Assembly: GCA_028826165.1 (NCBI GenBank)
Contig: JAPDFW010000131.1
Location: 78,966 to 142,965, forward strand
DNA: 64,000 bases
Source of the DNA: Anaeramoeba ignava BMAN
Taxonomy: Eukaryota > Protista > Anaeramoebae
Reading direction: 5' to 3'
Shown here: in pieces, positions 58,851 to 64,000 of the stretch
Numbering within the stretch: position 1 is the stretch's first letter
How the letters are laid out: every line of letters begins with the position of its first letter
The notes under the pieces: model-generated
What the model was told of the DNA's origin: nothing
The model's input: only the letters and a program-made list of their open reading frames with translations
Databases searched by the model: none
Position numbers and translations under genes: made by a program

Positions 58851-60665
58851 ATGAATGATTGTTTATTTTTTGGTTCAAATGAATATCCAAAACTTATTAA
58901 AAATGAACCAAAAATAATAACAAAACCAATTCAATTTAAATTTGAAAATGAAAATGAAAATGAAAATGAAAAACAAATTAAACAAATTTCATCAAGTAAT
59001 TTTTCAACAATTTTCCTTTTTAAAAATGGAAAAGCAATAGAATATTTAAATGAAAGAGATTCATATCAAAATCCTGAAGAAATCCAAATTGAAGAAAATA
59101 TTCAAAAAGTAACTGTTGGTGAACAAAATGAAGCTATTTTAACAAAAGAAGGAAATGTATTTGCCAAAAGAGAAGATATTAATCCAAAAAATCCAAATGA
59201 ATTTATCAATATTTCATCATTAATTAAAAATAAAAAAGATAGAATAATTGAAGATATTGTTTCTGGATTTAGTTCAATTTATTTATTAACTTCAAATCAA
59301 AATGCTTATGGAATTGGTGATAATTATTATGGTCAACTTGGTATAAACACAAGGATATATGAAAGAAAACCAATTTTAATGATGAAAAATGTTTCTAAAA
59401 TATTTTCAGGAAATACTTCACTTTATGTTTTTCTTTTAAATTCAAATCAAGAATTATTTACATGTGGATATAATGGTTATGGTCAACTTGGATTAGGAAA
59501 ATCAATAATAGAAGAAGAAGAAGAAGAAATCAAAAAATTAACCAAAATCCAAAATATTCCAAAAGGTAAAATAATTGATATTCAATGTGGAAGTTGGCAT
59601 TCAGTAATGTTGATTGAAAATGAAGAAAATAAAAGAAAACTTTATTCATGTGGATATTGGAAATATAATTTATTTGGCAAAGATACTTATGAATTTACTG
59701 AAATCAAATCATCTTTATTTGAAAATGATGATGATAATATTATTGATTTTTCTGTTGGAAATGAACATACTTTGATTTTAACTTCCAAAGGGAAATTCAT
59801 TGTATTTGGAAATAATAGATATGGTCAATTAGGAACTGAAGATACAAATGATCAATTAATTCCAATTCAAATTGAACTTCCTAAATTAAGATTTAATGAA
59901 GATATTTCTAATTATCATATTTCTTGTGGATTTAATAATTCGTTCCTTTATTATTCTCCTTTTTCTTCTTTTTCCAATCTTGAAGAAGATTTGATAAAAT
60001 TATTTAGAAGAAAAGAATTTTGTGATATTTCATTTAAAACAGAAAATGGAGAAATAATTGAAGCTCATAAATTAATATTGAAATATAGATTAAATCAAAA
60101 CCAAAATCAAATTGAAAAACTTAAAGAAATTATTTCAAAAAAATCAATTAAAGAATCAAATCAAATATTTGAAATGATTTATTCAAACAATTCTAAAATA
60201 AATCCAAAATTATATTCTGAAATTAAAGAAATTATAAATTCAAATGAAAGAATAGAAGAAACAATTAAAAGAATTTATTTAAATGAAAATGAAAAAGATT
60301 TTATAATTGAAAGAAAAGAAAAACAATATAAATTTCCAAAATTAATATTAATAATGAGAAGTGAATTATATCGAGGAATGTTTTTATCTGTAACTGAAGA
60401 TAAATCCAATAAAGTTACAGATTATAGTGAATTAAGTAATAAATCATTTCAAATATTTGAATATTGGATTTATTCAAATCAAATTAAAGATGGAATTGAA
60501 ATTACACAAGAAATTATTGATGAAATTCAAATTGGAATTGATTATTTTCAATTAAATCAAACAAATCCAAATTTAATTGATTTATTAATTAAAAAATTTA
60601 ATAATCAAAATTACATCAACAAAGAAGAAAAGAAAGAAAAGAAAGAAAAATGTTTAATCTTTTAA
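58851..60665 (+). CDS. RCC1-BTB-BTB-CaaX protein (CLIF), array copy 5
   Basis: Collinear paralogue and a mosaic of copies 3 and 4. Confidence 0.92.
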   Translation: MNDCLFFGSNEYPKLIKNEPKIITKPIQFKFENENENENEKQIKQISSSNFSTIFLFKNGKAIEYLNERDSYQNPEEIQIEENIQKVTVGEQNEAILTKEGNVFAKREDINPKNPNEFINISSLIKNKKDRIIEDIVSGFSSIYLLTSNQNAYGIGDNYYGQLGINTRIYERKPILMMKNVSKIFSGNTSLYVFLLNSNQELFTCGYNGYGQLGLGKSIIEEEEEEIKKLTKIQNIPKGKIIDIQCGSWHSVMLIENEENKRKLYSCGYWKYNLFGKDTYEFTEIKSSLFENDDDNIIDFSVGNEHTLILTSKGKFIVFGNNRYGQLGTEDTNDQLIPIQIELPKLRFNEDISNYHISCGFNNSFLYYSPFSSFSNLEEDLIKLFRRKEFCDISFKTENGEIIEAHKLILKYRLNQNQNQIEKLKEIISKKSIKESNQIFEMIYSNNSKINPKLYSEIKEIINSNERIEETIKRIYLNENEKDFIIERKEKQYKFPKLILIMRSELYRGMFLSVTEDKSNKVTDYSELSNKSFQIFEYWIYSNQIKDGIEITQEIIDEIQIGIDYFQLNQTNPNLIDLLIKKFNNQNYINKEEKKEKKEKCLIF

Positions 60666-60721
60666 ACAAGAAATCATTAATGAAGTTAAAAGAGTAATTT
60701 TTCATTTATTTTTATTTTGGT

Positions 60722-63400
60722 TTATGAATGAAAAGAATCATTAATTTTTGGGGAATCTGATGAATAAAAACTTATTTCTGAATTTTCGAGAATTTTTTGT
60801 GATTCCAAACTTTCGAATTGGAGAAATTGATCAATTTTTTTGGGAATATCAGTATTATCCATTGAACCAACAAAACTATTTGAATCATTTCCATAAGAAT
60901 AAACGATAACATCAACACCAGTATGACCATGAGTTGTCCATCCAACTTGAGCTCTTTGGGAAATCACATCACTCAAAGCATAGTTCAGTTGATCAAAAGA
61001 ATGAGAATTAAGAGCTGCATTGAGCTCATCCAATTCTGATTGAGTCAAGTTTGAAATTTGAGCAAAATCAGATAAAACATCTTCCACAGAATAACCGTTG
61101 TAGTAAACTAAATCAGCCATTGAATAAGCTGATTTTGTGATTAGTTTAAAATATCTGGATTCCACACATAAGTCAATTGAGATTTGTAGATTTCCTCAAG
61201 AGATGTATCAAGATATAAGCCACCAGTTTCATGATCAGCAACAACAACTAAGAGAGTGTTACATTTGAATCTGAATCTATGAAATCCATCATTTGTTTGA
61301 CAACAGTTTGCATTGAAGGGAGTTTCTCTGACTTGAGCAGCAGGATCATTTTGGTGACCACAATAATCAATTAATGAGCATTCAATCAGAAGAAAAAATC
61401 CATTAATATCTTCTTCTTGTGCTTTCTGGGAAAGTAATTCAAGTGCTTTTTGTGAAGTTTGTTGCAAAGTTGGGAAATCAGTTAAGTTTTGTCTATCGAT
61501 TACATAAGGATAATTATCGCTTGTGAAAAGTCCTAAAATTGGTGTTTGTAAATTTGTTTGATTTAGTTCGTTTGTTGTGTGCATAATTGTGTATCCTTTT
61601 GATTCTGCTTCTATTTCTAGATTTCTTCCATCTGTTCTTTTTCCTCCTAAACTTGTTGGAATAAACATATCTCTTCCTCCTCCAAAAAGTATATCTATCT
61701 TCCCAAATGCTGAATTTAGTTGTTGAACTGCAATATCAAGTTCTTGATTTCTGTCGAGCTGATGGGATGAGAAAGAGGCAGGAGTTGCTTTTGATATTTA
61801 TTTTGATTTTTATTTTGATATTGATTTTGAATTTGAATTTAATTTTAATTTTTGATTTTAATTTTAATTTTGATTTTGAATTTAATTTTAATTTTGATTT
61901 TTATTTTTATTTTGATATTAATTTTAATTTTGATTTTAATTTTGATTTTAATTTTAATTTTGATTTTGATTTTGATTTTTATTTTAATTTTAATTTTAAT
62001 TTTAATTTTGATTTTAATTTTAATTTTGATTTTGATTTTGATTTTAATTTTGATTTTGATTTTGATTTTGATTTTTATTTTGAATTTGATTTTGATTTTT
62101 GATTTTGATTTTGATTTTGATTTTGATATTAATTTTGATTTTAATTTTGATTTTAATTTTGATTTTAATTTTGAATTTAATTTTTATTTTGAATTTAATT
62201 TTGATTTTAAATTTTATTTTGAATTTAATTTTGATTTTGATTTTGATTTTGATTTTTGATTTTGATTTTGATTTTGATTTTGATTTTGATTTTTAATTTT
62301 GATTTTAATTTTAATTTTAATTTTGATTTTAATTTTGATTTTGATTTTGATTTTGATTTTAATTTTGAATTTGATTTTAATTTTGATTTTTGAATTTGAT
62401 TTTAATATTAATTTTGATTTTGATTTTGATTTTTGATTTTGATTTTTATTTTGATTTTAATTTTGATTTTGATTTTAATTTTAATTTTGATTTTTAATTT
62501 TAATTTTGATTTTGATTTTGATATTAATTTTTGAATTTGATTTTGAATTTGATTTTAATTTTGATTTTAATTTTAATTTTAATTTTGATTTTGATATTAA
62601 TTTTGGATTTTGATTTTGATTTTAATTTTATTTTTGATTTTGATATTAATTTTGGATTTTGATTTTAATTTTGATTTTGATTTAGATTTTGATTTTTATT
62701 TTGATTTTGATATTAATATTGATTTTGATTTTGAATTTGATTTTGATTTTGAATTTGATTTTGATTTTAATTTTGATTTTGATATTAATTTTTGATTTAA
62801 ATTTTGATTTTGATTTTGATTTTGAATTTAAATTTTGATTTTGATTTTGAATTTGATTTTGATTTTGATTTTGATTTTGATTTTGAATTTGAATTTGATT
62901 TTGATTTTGATTTTAATTTTGATTTTAATTTTGATTTTGATTTTAATTTTGATTTTAATTTTAATTTTGATTTTGATTTTGATTACCATGAGTAATTCGA
63001 GATTTAACAACAATTCCAGTTGCCATTGAATTATCCATAGCTTTTTCAATCAAAGTAACACAAGGATTACCATTAGTATCAATAGCAATTCTTCCATTAT
63101 AAGTTTTTAAACCACAAGCCAAAGCAGTTCCAGCAGCAGCAGAATCAGTAATGGAACTAGAAGCAGAATTAGTATGACAAGTTCCTTTTTGTATTTGATC
63201 TAAAGTGAGAAAATCAACTCCTTCATATTCTCTTGCTAAAGTTTGACTTGCTACTCCAAATCCATCAGGAATTATTAATATAACGTTATTTGATTTTGTC
63301 ACATTTTTTGGTTCTTCTATTATTCCTATTGATGTTGTTATTTTATTTTCTTGTTTAAAAAGAAAAGGAATTGAAGAAACACTTCAATAAATAAAATTAA
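60722..63400 (-). CDS. Alkaline phosphatase (PhoA/Pho8 family), one large intron, several apparent frameshifts; start uncertain
   Basis: 'NVILIIPDGFG', catalytic 'TDSAAAGTALACG', 'ITH|ATPA' split by a GT-AG intron (~62985-61788), 'IDYCGHQND', 'VADHETGG' and 'GWTTHGHTGVDV'. Frame breaks lie near 61160 and 61260-61310. Confidence 0.85.
61790..62983. repeat. Intronic hexamer repeat (GATTTT/AATTTT)
   Basis: Fills the alkaline phosphatase intron. Confidence 0.9.
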
Positions 63401-64000
63401 TAAGATTATGTTGTTATTATTAGTTTTTAAAAGTATTTTATTTTTTTTGAAATTCAATCTTCTCCATTTTAATATTTAAAGAAAAATGATTTAAAAATTC
63501 AAAAATATTTTTGTTTTTCAATTCAATTTTCATTCAAAAATTTCAAAAAGAAAAAGAAAAAGAAAAAGAAAAAGAAAAGAAAGAAAAGTGGAACAAAAAT
63601 TATTGATTTTTGAATTGATGGTTCTTCTTTATTAAGTAGATAATATTCATCTCTCCATTTTACAAGTTCTTCTTTTTAGTAAATTTAAAAGCGATGAAAA
63701 ATCTCTTCCACTTCAAATAATTTGTGAATTGTTTGTAAAAAAATTGAAAGTTGGTCAAAACTCAAAGTTAATAATTTTCTATAAAAAATTAAAATTAAAA
63801 ATAAATTAAAATTTAAAATTATTAATTTAAAATTAAAAATTAAAAATTTAAATTAAAATTAAATTTAAATTAAAATTAAAAATTTAAAAATGTCAAAAAT
63901 TTTTCTTTTCGGAAAATTTTTACTTTCAGAAAGTTTAATTAAACAGAGCAAAACAGAAATGTGAAAATAGTTCCTTCAAATAAGAAATTATCCCAAATCC

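Noticed and set aside
63600-64000. Possible degenerate BTB fragment (~63640-63780) and a gene start at ~63889
   Set aside because: Too short and interrupted by stops at the window edge to support a call.

Overview
Very AT-rich eukaryotic DNA with GT-AG spliceosomal introns, from a microbial eukaryote. The style (Trichomonas-like TCATTTT elements before starts, BTB-family expansion) suggests an Anaeramoeba-like metamonad, which is my inference only. The left ~35 kb is gene-dense housekeeping territory: the 3' part of a TOR kinase, three Rab GTPases, a myotubularin, a RIX1/PELP1-like gene, Derlin, a CAP-Gly protein, a GH130 glycosidase, an NSS transporter and NDC80. Many introns there are filled with 6/12/19-bp AT repeats, and a satellite-flanked broken BTB gene sits at 19.4-24.1 kb. 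The right ~28 kb is an accessory region. It holds an 11.0-kb MULE/Mutator DNA transposon (35702-46709; imperfect TIRs, 8-bp TSD TAGAATAT) inserted into an RCC1-BTB gene fragment, an ankyrin-BTB-BTB gene, a head-to-tail array of five intact RCC1-propeller/BTB-BTB genes, and a frameshifted alkaline phosphatase. The strongest candidate for an undescribed system is that array. Every member ends in a CaaX prenylation motif, the BTB halves are nearly constant, variation is concentrated at equivalent loop positions of the propeller blades, and one member is a patchwork mosaic of two neighbours. This looks like a diversifying repertoire of membrane-anchored recognition or Cullin-3 adaptor proteins. 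A satellite ~33 kb away is built from the sequence at the propeller/BTB boundary of these genes.
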